Origin: Squalus acanthias
Lineage: Eukaryota
Direction: 5' to 3'
Length of the DNA: 64,000 bases
NCBI GenBank assembly: GCA_030390025.1
Contig: CM059431.1
Coordinates: 121,026,001 to 121,090,000 of the forward strand
Made by a program: the position numbers and the translations under genes. Under the pieces are notes generated by a model. That model was given only the letters and a program-made list of their open reading frames with translations. It was not told the origin of the DNA and searched no databases. Positions 48,650 through 60,946 of the stretch are shown piece after piece. The first letter of the stretch is position 1. Every line of letters starts with the position of its first letter.

Positions 48650-49720
48650 AAGCTTACGTTTATATATTACTTCTCATATGAAAGGATGTCTGAATATTTT
48701 ACAATGGGCGAGGAGATTGCTGAATAGGAAGTAAAACAACTTGGTGAATGGAGACCAAAGACATGGTGAAAGAATTTTTTTTATAAAGCTTAAAAGATGG
48801 GGAGAGATGTAGCAAAGAAAAGGGTTTTTTGGAAGAATTTTAGAGGGCAGAGGCGTTAAGGCTGAAAGATTGGCTGAGCAGAAAACAAGCAGTCATCTGG
48901 AGCCTGAGAAATGGAGGGGTGGCTGGGACGGGTGGTTGAAGAAGGTGAGGAACGATTTGAAAATGAGATACCTCAAGTCAGTTTCTAGGTCAGCAGGAAT
49001 CTGTGATGCTGAGTGAGGATGAGGTAATGAAGGTGTAGCTCTTTGTGTAGAGGAGTTGGCTACAGAGTTCCGGATTAAGTGAAATTTGTGAAGAGTGGGT
49101 GTGGAGAGGTAGGTGAAGAAAGCGTCTTACAAATTGATCTTTGAGGTGATGAGGGTATGGCGAGGCTTTTAGCAGCACTGGTGGTGAAGTGGGGACATAA
49201 GCAAGCAATGTTCCAGAGGTGGACGAAGTCATAGTAACATCCCGCAAGCAAAGCAGATCAAAATGAATTCCGAGGTTACATACCACTGGACGCAGCCTCA
49301 GCTAGCAGTCAGCAAGATCAGTGCATTCAGCTCCGGAGGCACGAAGATCCTAGCAAGAGCCAAACAGCATGGCTTCAGGTTTGCCCATGCTATACTAAGC
49401 AGTAGAAGTTTCAGTTCAATCGAGGACTTGATGACAGATAAGCAGTCAAATAGTCTAGCTGCTGCCATAGAGTCAGTACTGATGGCAGAGAGGTAGAACT
49501 GGTCGTAATCAGCATACATGCAAAAACTGATCCTATGTTTGTAGATAAGTCAATGAAGTGTAGCAAGTATGATAATGAATAAAAGTGGGCCTAGAATATA
49601 GCCCTGGTGCACACCAGAACTAAAAATTCAAGGATGGGAGGACACACTGTTTCAGAGATGTGGCGATTGCATTGGGGCAGGCAGGGGTGGAACCGCAAGT
49701 AAGGGGTGCAGTGGTGGTGG
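48650..49720 (-). mobile_element. Decayed L2-type LINE RT/3' region
   Basis: MYADYDQFYLS (YADDTQLY) and VCNLGIHFD motifs. Confidence 0.7.
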
Positions 49721-49724
49721 ACTG

Positions 49725-49915
49725 CAGAGCACTGATTGTGAAACTCTTTCACATTCAGTGCATTTAGACATTCTCTCTACTCTGTGGATTTACTGGTGTC
49801 TCCGGAGGTTCCTTGATACTTTGAAACTCTTTCCATATTCAGCATATTTATATGACGCTCCTGTGTGTATTCACTGATGTCTCTGGAAAATGCATCAGAT
49901 CACAAACCTTTCACA
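49725..49915 (-). pseudogene. Degenerate C2H2 zinc-finger array fragment (~2-3 fingers)
   Basis: The minus strand translates FQRHQ*IHTGASYKYAEYGKSFKVSRNLRRHQ*IHRVERMSKCTECER, with Kruppel-type spacing and in-frame stops. Confidence 0.7.
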
Positions 49916-51344
49916 AAGAACATTGACAATTTCAGTCAGTCAGGCATACAACCCACTGTAAATGGAAGAATCTACCTCGGTCACATGTACAGCTCCTGCC
50001 ATTGCTCTACTGCTGCCTTGTCCAATCCCCTAAAGACTCTTCTCGCTAGAATGTACTGGAATATCCCAGGTAGCAAAGGTGCAAGCCACAGGAATTGACT
50101 CCAAACCTTGTACAAGGCTAGTTAGCACTCCACCTAGTGGGTAAATTGTTACAAATGGCATGACATGTTCTAGCCTCAATGTTGCAGTAGGCCAGCAATC
50201 ATTGTATTTAGCAAACAGATCAAGAGAAAAAAAAAATGTTTTCACTTCCGTCAGATGTAGCTTTGTCAGAAGTAAGCATTCCAGATGTCTGATACAACAC
50301 TGCATTCCTGTTTAGCTCTCGGTGATTCTGACATAGTTGAGCTAATTGCAAAGATCAGCAAGAATACTTAATCCATTTGCTTCTCCTCCATTTGTACTAA
50401 CACCTTTCTGTGATATCTTGTTGTTCAATTATTGTGAGCTGGTGTTCAAGTTTCATTTGCTGTATCAGTGTTACTGGTAAAATCAAGGCTTTCGAAGATT
50501 CCAAACATTTTTGCTTCAGTACGTGGCTTCTTTTTTGGAATGGCACCCTTAAGGTTACCTTTTCAAACTTTTTATTTTGCTAGCACCATTGCTAAGTAGC
50601 TTACAGGAAATGTATTTGCTGACAGTTTTACTTCTTCTCTCAGTCGTGCATGGATCTCTATTTGTTAGTTTTGTTTAACCTTTGCCTTAATAAAGTGCTG
50701 GAATTGCACCTCGTGCTGTAAAGTACTCGGGCTTGGAGACCATCCATGACCTGGTAGGAACGTGACCATTTAATGCAGTTGTTGAGCAGATTGGTGTTAG
50801 TTCAGGAGGTTGGCCAGAGGATAAAAGAGTTGGGAGTTGGAATGGGTACTGATAAGTGAGTTGGGAGCAGATTTTTCCAAGCTGGAATACAAAGGTTGGG
50901 TGGGGGAGGTTTAGAGGTGGCCAGGTCTTATGGTGAAAAAGATGAAGAAATAGTTAGAAATGACTCCGTCCCGTCAGTGATCGTCATCTTGGAGGTGCCA
51001 AAGCCTTCTGTGACAGTGAAGTCAAGGTGACCGTGGATGTGGGTGGAAAAATTTATATGGAGAATAAATTTAAGGAGGAAAAAAAGAGTATAGAATTTGG
51101 AGGAGATGGTGCAGGGTAAGTGCAGGTACAAGCTGAGGTTACTAAGGATAATAGCCTAATAATATGCAGGTGGCTTCTGAGCAGGGTGGGGGAAACCCAC
51201 ATGGAGGAACTCAATTTTACCAATTAATATTGACTTTGCTTTTTGCATCTCCCAGCTGCGCATGAGCATGATGTGCATCTGCATGACGCGATCTCAGCTG
51301 TATTTAAAGGGACAGTGCACGAATAGAAATTGAAGATGTTCGGG

Positions 51345-53157
51345 ATGGATGGTGGACATAGAGCAAGGGCAGCACCCAGATTCAATGGCACATCACTGGA
51401 ATTACTGCTGGGTGCAGTCAGGAGGAGGAAGGAGGGACATACTTTTCCCCAGCAATGGGAGGAAGAAACCTGTTGCTTTGACCAAGAAGATGTGGTTGGA
51501 GGTAGCTGAGGAGGTGAGCAGCAGGAGCGTTGTGCCCAGGTCATTGATGCAATGTAGGAAGCGGTTTAATGACCTAACCAAGTCAGGAAATGTGAGTGCT
51601 TCATCCTGTGCTTTACGCCCCTCCCCCATTCTCACTCTACCTTGCTAAGCATTCTCCATCACTTCGCTCCTCACACCCACTCAACATTCAGCAGCACCCA
51701 GCCTTCTCTCTCAATGCACTTCTTCGCCTCCCCATTTATCCATCCAGCATTGCAACTCACATCAATCCTTATGCAATGTGATGCATCTGTCTGATAGTCA
51801 TCCTCACTGAATGCATTGCATCCATCGGGTGAATACTTCACTTTCACTCACACACAGGTCTGGTTATTTTCACCCCTTGTAAGAGAAGAGAGCACAAAAT
51901 GCAAGGGAGTGGGAAAGGACTGGAGGTGGACCGCCACAAATAATACAGCTCACTGATGCAGAGGAGGACACCCTGGAGATAAGTGACATATCTGTGTCCC
52001 TCTCAGTCGGAGATGGAGAGTCAGTAAACTTGCAGATAGCTGGTGACAGAATTTAAAATATCTCTGATACACATATGCTGACTTAATTTCATCAATGACT
52101 AAACAATTAGAAGATTCAGTATGGTGATTGTCAAGATTGTGACTTTGCCATGACTAAATTATATCCCTTTCCTTTGTGTTCCAGGGCCTTCATGCGTACA
52201 GCAAGTGTTGCCGGACATCCACGAGGACGATTCCTTAGAGGACCTCATTCCTTTTGAGGGTGCACCATCACAGGATATACAGCCATGCACCAGCATAAAT
52301 ACTCACACTTCGGTGGGTCTACTTAGACGGTTAGTTGGGATTTCACCTGCTGATTCACACCTCACAAGTGAGCATGAGCAGACACTGGTGGCAGGGACAG
52401 CTGTGGAGAGTCCACGGTTGGGGCGCAATCCTCTCCAAGCTCTACTCATCTGAACACAGATGCTGAACCCCGGGGCTTATCGTTGAAAAGGAGAATGCTA
52501 ATAATCAGCAACTTAGTCAGGTTCTGACAGACAAGCCACATACACTCTCCACACTAACGGAGAGGATGGAGGAGTCCAACTCGATTGCTAGTGGATTGGC
52601 GGCATAGGGAATTGTGAGAATGTCTGCCATAGAGAGAGAGGTCACCTCCATGGAGCTCCAAGCAAGGCTCTCAAATGAGTCCATGCAGACCATGACCACG
52701 GCCGTGCAGACTTTGGATGCCAACTTGTCTGCCGCCTTAAACAGGATGGCAGATACCTTATCCGTGGCCTTACAATGCGTCATTGATCTTCACTAATCTG
52801 GTCGGCAGCAGAGTGGTAGGAGTGATGTGGTCCTGGCCCAGGAGAGCGATGATGGCGAAAGGGGACATGGAAGTGGGAACTCCACTCAAAGCGCTCCCAC
52901 TTCTCACCCGTTGCCTCCCCCCTCAAGTCAGTACCTGACATGCTGCTTCATCTCTCGATGGCTGAGTCTGCCCCAGCACAGGAGCAGGTGGAGCAGTCTT
53001 TGGCAGGGCCCCCTTGGACTCCAAAACCCAGAGGGTGCGGCCAAAAGCATCTCAGCAGTCAGGACAGGGATCTGAGCAGCTTGTCTCTACCTCTGCTGAA
53101 GCCACACAGGATGCACCACGTAGAAGATGTAGGAAGAGTAATTTCAAGAAATTGTAA
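51345..53157 (+). pseudogene. Harbinger Myb/SANT-like gene of H3 (exons 51345-51591, 51883-52042, 52185-53157)
   Basis: RAAPRFNGTSL.., WLEVAEEVSSRSVVPRSLMQCRKRFNDL. Exon 2 is 160 bp with a GTGACAG donor. Exon 3 has RMEESNSI..IEREV and ends RRCRKSNFKKL*. Confidence 0.82.
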
Positions 53158-53454
53158 TTCACCAAGGGTATGCACATTGGTGCTTAACAAAATGTTATGT
53201 TGTTAAGTTCCCTTTTATAATGACACATAAATGTTATTGATTAGCACCACTTCTATGTCTTGCCCATTATTGCATCCCGAGTGCCAATTCGCCCTTTCAC
53301 TTGTTTCATGATGAATGTCAATACATGACAGGACCCATTGGGCGGATGTGCAATGGGTGGATGAGTGATTCAAGGACTGTTTAGTGAAAAGGGGGGTTGG
53401 GGGCAGTCCTGGTGGTGGGAGCAGATTGCAGGATTTAATTTGCTATGTTTCACA

Positions 53455-55106
53455 CTAGGTGAACCTTCGCGATATTCGGGCATCCCTGGCAGCAGTGTAA
53501 GTGGCTGGTCTTGCGATAGGAGCCCCATCTTCCTCCTCCTCCTCCTCCTCCTCTATGTCCTCCTCATCCGAAGGTGAGTGATGAACCCCTTCATTCTCCT
53601 CCACCTGTAATCCTCTGCTGCGCAATATTGGGTAGGACGCAGCACACCACTATCATTCTGGACACCCGGACTGGTGAGTACTGAAGGGCGCCTCCAGACC
53701 TATCTCGGCACCTGAAGGTCATCTTCAACATTCCGATAGTTTGTTCTATGAAACACCTGATGGTCATGTGTCTCTTGTTGTAGTGCTCCTGCACCTCATT
53801 GGTGGAGTTCTTCACAGGTGTCACGAGCCAAGTTTGAAGTGGTTATCCCTTATCCCTTAAGTCTGCTTCTTGGAGCAAAAAGGTCTAGGATGTTGGATTG
53901 CCTTTGTATGAAGGCATCATAACAGCTCCCAGGGAATCTGCCGCAGACCTGCATGAACCTCCTCTTGTGGTTGCACACCAGCTGTGCATTGATGGACAAT
54001 TTATAAACCTTGCTCTGGCAAACATTCTATCAGCAATCCTGGATATGTCTCCTGTAGCACCCTAGAAGGATCCAGAGGCGAAAAAGTTGAGCGCGGTGGT
54101 CACTTTCACAGCCACTTGTCGTAATGCATGGCCACCAGGACCAGCAGGGAGCAGGTCTTCCTGTCGAAGGTTGCAGATGTCTGCCAACACCTGACATGAC
54201 AACCTCAGCTTGTGGAAGCACTGCTCTTCTGAGAGGTCAAGGAAGCTGAGCCTTGGTCTGTAAACCTTGTGACGTGGGTAGTGTTTTCTGTGACCTTGGA
54301 CCCTCTCCTGTGCACCTCCCTCCTGTGCACCTCTCTCCTGTGCCCCACCCTCCTGTGCACCTCTCTCCTGTGCACCTCTCTCCTGTGCCCCACCCTCCTG
54401 TGCCCCTCTCTCCCGTGCACCTCTCTCCCGTGCACCTCCCTCCTGTGCCCCTCTCTCCTGTGCACCTCCCTCCTGTGCACCTCCCTCCTGTGCACCTCTC
54501 TCCTGTGCACCTCTCTCCTGTGCACCTCTCTCCTGTGCCCCACCCTCCTGTGCACCTCTCTCCTGTGCACCTCTCTCCTGTGCACCTCCCTCCTGTGCCC
54601 CTCTCTCCTGTGCACCTCTCTCCTGTGCCCCTCTCTCCTGTGCACCTCCCTCCTGTGCCCCTCTCTCCTGTGGACCTCTCTCCTGTGGACCTCTCTCCTG
54701 TGGACCTCTCTCCTGTGCCCCTCTCTCCCGTGCACCTCTCTCCCGTGCACCTCTCTCCCGTGCACCTCCCTCCCGTGCACCTCTCTCCCGTGCACCTCCC
54801 TCCCGTGCACCTCTCTCCCGTGCACCTCCCTCCCGTGCACCTCCCTCCCGTGCACCTCTCTCCCGTGCACCTCTCTCCCGTGCACCTCCCTCCCGTGCAC
54901 CTCCCTCCCGTGCACCTCCCTCCCGTGCACCTCCCTCCCGTGCACCTCCATTCTGTGCAACTCTCTCCCGTGCACCTCCTCCTGTGTACCTCCCTCCTGT
55001 GTACCTCCCTCCTGTGCACTTCCCTCCTGTGCAGGTGCTGATCCCATCACAGCACTTCATCACCACCGTGGATGTTGATGGTCTTCCTCTTCTGATGTGC
55101 TGTCAA
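53455..55106 (-). pseudogene. HARBI1-like transposase of H3, with internal deletions and a minisatellite expansion
   Basis: [46 protein letters not shown] and [15 protein letters not shown]. The first catalytic D region is deleted. Confidence 0.87.
54301..55035. repeat. 15-bp minisatellite, ~49 units, consensus CCTCTCTCCTGTGCA
   Basis: Direct reading; it produces stop-free ORFs in several frames. Confidence 0.97.
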
Positions 55107-55479
55107 ACAATTCTAAGGATGTTAATTGAGCCAATAAGTATCCGCCTGCCTCAAATGATTAAATCCCCAGCTTTGGCGTGTAGGTTTATTGGCAGCACCC
55201 AAACACACCTCCATTAAACCCTGAAGTGGACGTGTTGCAGACGGGTTGCGCTCCCACTCTAAAAATCACAAATTTTCAAGCCTCACCAACTCCCAACCCA
55301 CCTGTTCTTGTGGGTTAAAACTCTCCCCAATGCTGAGTGAAGGCAAAATGGAGCACATTTCAACAAGGAATGCTTTGTGGGGAGAGATGGCAGTCTCTCC
55401 TAAACTCCTGGAAGGTATGGAGGAATCCACTGGTTGGGTTTGTACAATGCTGCAGGAAGTCATCTCAACCTTGCGGCTG

Positions 55480-55960
55480 AAGGTACAGTCACCAATGATA
55501 GGGTGAAGGGAGGGTAGCATACACAAGAGGCTTGACCAAGTGAAGCGGAGAGCTCAGAGGAAGGTTTGTAGCACTGGTGAACATTACAGAGATAGGGATG
55601 AGTGAGGCCATGGAGGGATTTAAATATAAGGATGAGCATTTTAAATTTAAGGTATAGGTGGACCGGGATACAATGTAGGGACAATGGGGAAGCGAGACTT
55701 GGTGCAGAATAGGATGTGGAAAGCAGAATTTTGGATGAGCTGAAGTTTATGAAGGATAGAGAATGGGTACACCTGCCAGTAGAGCATGATAATAGTAATA
55801 GTTGATTGTGGTGGTGACAAAGGCAAAGATGAGGGATTCAGTCGCAAGTGAGCAGAGGTAGGACTGGAGACGGGCAATGTTATGGAGGTGGAAGTAGATG
55901 GTCTTTATGATGGAGAAGATATGGGGTCAGAAGCTACGCCTAGGGTTGAATAGGACCTAA
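55480..55960 (-). mobile_element. Decayed L2-type LINE fragment
   Basis: LHKLQLIQNSAFHIL and LKFKMLILIFKSLHGL..YL motifs. Confidence 0.72.
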
Positions 55961-56574
55961 GATAGTGGCCTAGGAATTTGTTTATCGAATTTGAATGTTC
56001 AATAGTGCCTCAATGATTTCCATTCATACAACACAGCATATCTTCAAGTCATTGTGTTCTTGTGCTACCGTTTGGGGAATGTATTAAAGTTCTCAAAATG
56101 TGTTGCATTCAAAAAAAAACAGAATAGCTACAAATCACCTGTTGGGTCCAATATTTGCTGTTCTTGTATAAACAAAGATTAATTTGACTGTCTTAACACA
56201 GATCAAATGGGAAGTAGAATTCGCCTCTGGAAGAATAGATTATAGTTCTGCATTAGACTGGATGACTCAAAAATAACATTCCTAAACTTTACGTATAATA
56301 GCTAGGTATAATAGCTAGGAATACTTCGTGGCTTGATTTATTTCTTCAAATATTATCTTATCACCTGAGAAATGTTAATGTGATTGGTATTAATGGAACA
56401 ATTCCGAGCAGGAGTTTGTGTAAATATAAATAGTCTATCTAATATTAGGAATGTGTCCTGCAATGTAAAGTAACCTGTCAGTCGAGGCAACTGGCTCCAA
56501 TTGGATTAGTAACAGAAGAGAACAGCATACCATATGGAGAGACAAACTATTGAAGGATAAATTATCATAATTGA

Positions 56575-56919
56575 GGGTAGTGTTAACTATTACAATTGGA
56601 GGTAAATTGTGATAGATTTTGTTCTACTATTTTCTTTTCATTCCCGGACCCCTGCCCGGCCTCCGATCCCTCCCTCCCTCCTCTCTGCTCCCTGGCTGCG
56701 GCCTGGTGCTGGATGCCTACCCACCCACGACAGTCAGCCAGCCAATCAATCTGGCTGGCTGCGGGCGGGAAGCAGAGAAAAAAAATGTTAATCACCTCCG
56801 CCTTTACATTCGGCAGGGCCTGACGGAAACCTGTTCTCCTGGGTTTCCCAACCATCATCCAGCCACCTCCCCCCACCCCACCCTTGCTACCTACCTGCCT
56901 CCAAGTTAAAATCCTGCCC
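56575..56919. mobile_element. Harbinger-type MITE remnant
   Basis: Ends GGGTAGTGTTAAC / GTTAAAATCCTGCCC. The internal CAGCC..TCAATCTGGC block is shared with 13567-13985. Confidence 0.5.
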
Positions 56920-57683
56920 TCTCTTTCCACCAAATTCACTTTCATCTCTTTCAGTATTTTTCCTGCATAATTGCTAGGACCCAGTCTCTCCATTGTTCCC
57001 CACTCAGCTAGCTTCTCCCCCTCCTCCGAACACGTATACTTTTCATTTTATTATGTATGCTTTTCTCCTCAATCTGAATTCACAGATTACCTACGTTAAG
57101 ATATGTTATCAAGTAAATGAGTTACTAAAGGTGCAAATTATTTGAAACTATGTTGGAAACTATAACATTGGAAATATGATAGTTAGCTCTTTTAGGACAT
57201 ACTTAAAAACAGTGCGTACACATCCTCAGAGCTGACTAAAGTTTGACCTCAGGCCACTCCATCTTGATTACTGCAAGCTGTACAATCATTCATACATACA
57301 GAACAGTAGTTTAATTGCAAAAAGAATGAGTCCAAATGTGTTTAATATTAATTTAATATTTCTAGTCTCAAGTGATAGTTCACCAGTATATCTTAGAAGC
57401 TTTAATGCGAAGGAGAGGTAGTGGAAGCAAAGATTAAAAACAGACTTTGGTTGTTTATCAAACATTCAAGATTTGACTCGGAATGTATTGTATGTGGAGC
57501 AACCTGTCAGTTGAGGCAACTGTTTATAAATGGATTAGTAAGCAACAAAAGGTATTTTTCTGCTAGAAAATAAGACCATGCCAGATTATGCAATAATCAA
57601 CCACAAAACTGCAACATTCACTTTGATGACTTTACGCAAATTAAGACAAGGAGAGGAGGATTGACGTAGTCAGGAAAGTTATT

Positions 57684-58425
57684 GGCCCAGAAATTGATCT
57701 CGCTCTGTTCCCGCGGGGGTAAGGCTTCCCCGCGATCTCTCACTCCGCGTGTGCTTTTTCAGATCCAGCTCGCACGAACTTGATGTTCCAGACATCAGCT
57801 GGGCAGTGCTTGCGTATCCCACCGGCGTAGTGAATTTGTGCGAGCTGTGGGATCACGTGACTCAGTTAGAGCCAATGGCAGCACACCATCTTCCATTCAT
57901 AAGTTTCACATACGTGCTGTGAAATCTATGAATCTTACACCCCCCCAAAATAACAGCTAAACCTCAATTAAATTAAAAAAAAAACATCACATTAATAAAA
58001 TAAGTATAGTTAAATAAATTAACCATTTTAAATAAAAAATTTAATTTTTGAAAAAATTTAAAATCTTTTAAAAAGTTATAAAAATAAACTTACCTGTCTT
58101 TAAAGTCTCTAAAAAAGATATACCTGTTAAAAAAAATTCAAAAAAATACTTAATTCACTACTTACCTTGTTAAAAGTGGGTCTTACTCCTCCTTTTTCCA
58201 TTTCTAAAATCTTCCGTACTTACCTGCGCGTCCAAAGCACAAAGTGCACAGCGTGCGCGCAGCCTGTAGCACGCACGCGATGCACCGAGGAACCGCCCCC
58301 TTTTCAAAAGACCAAGTGCCGGTTTTCAGCGCATGCGCAGGGCATGCAGAAAACCGGCAATTGGAGAGAGAATACGCGAGAGTACGCAGTGCGTACTCTC
58401 GCGTCGCGGGATGAATTTTTGGCCC
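57684..58425 (-). mobile_element. MITE family B, copy 2 (inverted)
   Basis: Ends GGCCCAGAAATT / AATTTTTGGCCC; ATT TSD (57681-57683, 58426-58428). Confidence 0.9.
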
Positions 58426-58836
58426 ATTGTATATGTAAATTGTGACACTAACAGATTTGCTATAGGAGGCTGCACATAACTGAAGCAAACTCTAATAGGA
58501 AGTGACCTTACAGCACATCTGAGTAAGTGGGATGGATATGACCTTTAAATTAGATATCCTGGTATTCAATATTTTGTTTTACACACTGACACATCTTAGC
58601 ATTGTGAAGTAAATTAGAAAACAGGGGTTTGGGTTGAAATCTTCTCTTATATCTCATTTTTCACATAAGTATTATTGAAAGTACTTGAGAGAATAACCAT
58701 GCTTGCCAACTAGCTTTGTTTTCACATTTGAAAGTCCCTGATGAGTTCAGTTAATACATAAAATATATAAAAATCACTTGTTTATACAGGGTCAAAGAAA
58801 TATGCTTCTTTTCTGAGAATAAATCAAATGGTTTGA

Positions 58837-58990
58837 GTTTTTTTTATTCGTTCATAGGGTGTGGGCGTCGCTGGCAAGGCCAGCATTTATTGCCCATCCC
58901 TAATTGCCCTTGAGAAGATGGTGGTGAGCCGCCTTCTTGAACCGCTGCAGTCCGTGTGGTGAAGGTACTCCCACAGTGCTATTAGGGAGT
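58837..58990 (-). mobile_element. LINE family A 3' stub (~150 bp)
   Basis: Matches 427-580. Confidence 0.88.
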
Positions 58991-59632
58991 GAACTCATGT
59001 TTTAACTTTTGCAATGAGAAATATTAAAGAAAGACTTTAAGGAATGCTTGATTTCTGGGTGCCCTGATATCTCAGTGGGTTTTTGTCTCAGGAAGACATC
59101 AGGCTTGATTTCTGATCTGTGGTGAATTAACTGATGTCACCCAGGTTAGTGGTAGAGGTGCTGCACGTGGTGGATGTGGAATGAAAAAAAATCAACCAGA
59201 TATTCAGCTCCTGTTTGCAATCCAGGGACTTCTACTGGGGAATGTGTGTGATGGTACATGTGCCTATCAGTAGAAGACAGGACCGAACCTGGTTGTGATG
59301 TCTTCTCTCCCAGCTGATCATTCTACTGACTCGAATGCCGAGGAGTCGATAAGGCTGGTAAGCATTTGGTAGGAATTTGACTAATGAAATTGCAGTCTCA
59401 CAAGCACCTGCCTGAGGATTGCAAGTGAGCAAAGCCACTGTACTGGTTCTGTGTTTCCTTTCTTTCTCTGTGAGGGAACGCAAAAGAATGCTGCAGAATT
59501 AGCCCTAATCTTGAATCCACAGGGCAAATAAAGGTTCTCTATTTATGTGATAGAGGTGGACTTTAACCCTACCCATCCACCGGAGAGTTGATGGGTAAAC
59601 AGTTAAAATCCACCGGGTGACTTGTCTATCGA

Positions 59633-59982
59633 TTTACATAGGATTACATAGGATATACGGCACAGAAACAGGCCATTCGGCCCAACCAGTCCATGCCGGC
59701 GTTTATGCTCCACACGAGCCTCCTCCCGTCTTTCCTCATCTAAATCTATCAGCATAACCCTCTATTCCCTTTTCCTTCATATGCTTGTCTAGCCTCCCCT
59801 TAAATACATCTATACTATTCGCTTCAATCACTCCCTGTGGTAGCGAGTTCCACATTCTCACCACTCTTTGGGTAAAGAAGTTTCTTCTGAATTCCCGATT
59901 GGATTTCTTGGTGACTATCTTATATTGATGGCCTCTAGTTATGCTCTTCCCCACAAGTGGAAACATTCTCTCTATATCCACT
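59633..59982 (-). mobile_element. CR1 3' fragment (second subfamily, TACATAGGAT tail)
   Basis: ORF 59736-59981 (TRGHQYK..FFTQRVVRMWNSLP). Confidence 0.88.
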
Positions 59983-60199
59983 GTATCCCACCTGGAACCC
60001 GCTGTTTCCGATTTTTTAAAGCACTTCTTTTAATCCAATTGCTAAACTGGAAGGGTCCTTCTTTAAATATGCAGATTGGGGTCCGATGACATTATTGGAC
60101 GCCAAATGGAATTTTAACTCTGGCCTAACAGGATGTGGGATAGAAAGGTTTGTCCTGTGGACTCTTGCCTGCCAGGAACTGGGTTGAGCACAGGATATT

Positions 60200-60946
60200 G
60201 GCCCGAAAATTAAACCTAATACGCGAGAGTACGCACTGTGTACTCTCGCGTATTAGATCCCGAATTGCCGGTTTCCTGCATGCGCGGGAAACCGGCACTT
60301 CGTGAATTGCAAAGGGGGCGGTTCCTAAGTGAATCGCGTGCACGCTACAGGCTGTGCGCACGCAGTGCACTTAGTTTTCAGCTTTGAACGCGCAGGTAAG
60401 TGGTGAAGATTTTACACATAAAGAAAGCAGGCGTAGGACCCCCTTTTAACAAGGTAAGTAGTTAATTAAGTGTTATTTTAAAAAATGTTCAACAGTTTTA
60501 TCTTTTTTAGAGACTTTAAAGAAAGGTAAATTTATTTTTATGACTTTTAAAAAGACTTTAATTTTTTTCAAAAATTTAATTTTTGTTTAAAGTGGTTAAT
60601 TTATTTAACTATACTTATTTTATTAATGTGATGGCTTTTTTTAAAATTTAATTGAGGTTTAGCTGTTCTTTTGGGGGTTTGTAGTATTCATAGCTTTGAC
60701 AGCTCTTGCCGTCAAAACTATGAATGAAAGATGGTGTGCTGCCATTGGCTCTAACTGAATCACGTGATCCCAGAGCTCGCACAAACTAATTGCGCCTCTG
60801 GGATACGCACACACTGCGCGGTTGCAACAAGAAGAGGCTTTGAAACTAAAGTTCGTGTGGGCCCCAAACAAAAAGGTAGGCGCGGAGTGCGATATCGCGG
60901 GGAATCCTTACCCCCGCGGGAACCATCCATGTTTAATTTCTGGGCC
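60200..60946 (+). mobile_element. MITE family B, copy 3
   Basis: Ends GGCCCGAAAATTA / TAATTTCTGGGCC; ATT TSD (60197-60199, 60947-60949). Confidence 0.92.

Larger units (their letters stand above)
51150..55328. mobile_element. Decayed two-gene Harbinger element H3 (left TIR not found)
   Basis: Myb gene (+) and transposase (-) are convergent; right end GTTAAAACTCTCCCC. Confidence 0.8.

Noticed and set aside
54301..55035. CRISPR-like array
   Set aside because: It is a tandem repeat without unique spacers, in vertebrate DNA with no cas genes.
54062..55078. Five long overlapping ORFs (260-334 aa)
   Set aside because: They are artefacts of a stop-free 15-bp repeat. Only one frame relates to the transposase, which is dead downstream.
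59055..59500. Possible old tRNA-derived SINE (also ~60955-61050 on minus)
   Set aside because: Too diverged to assign a family or boundaries without a repeat library.
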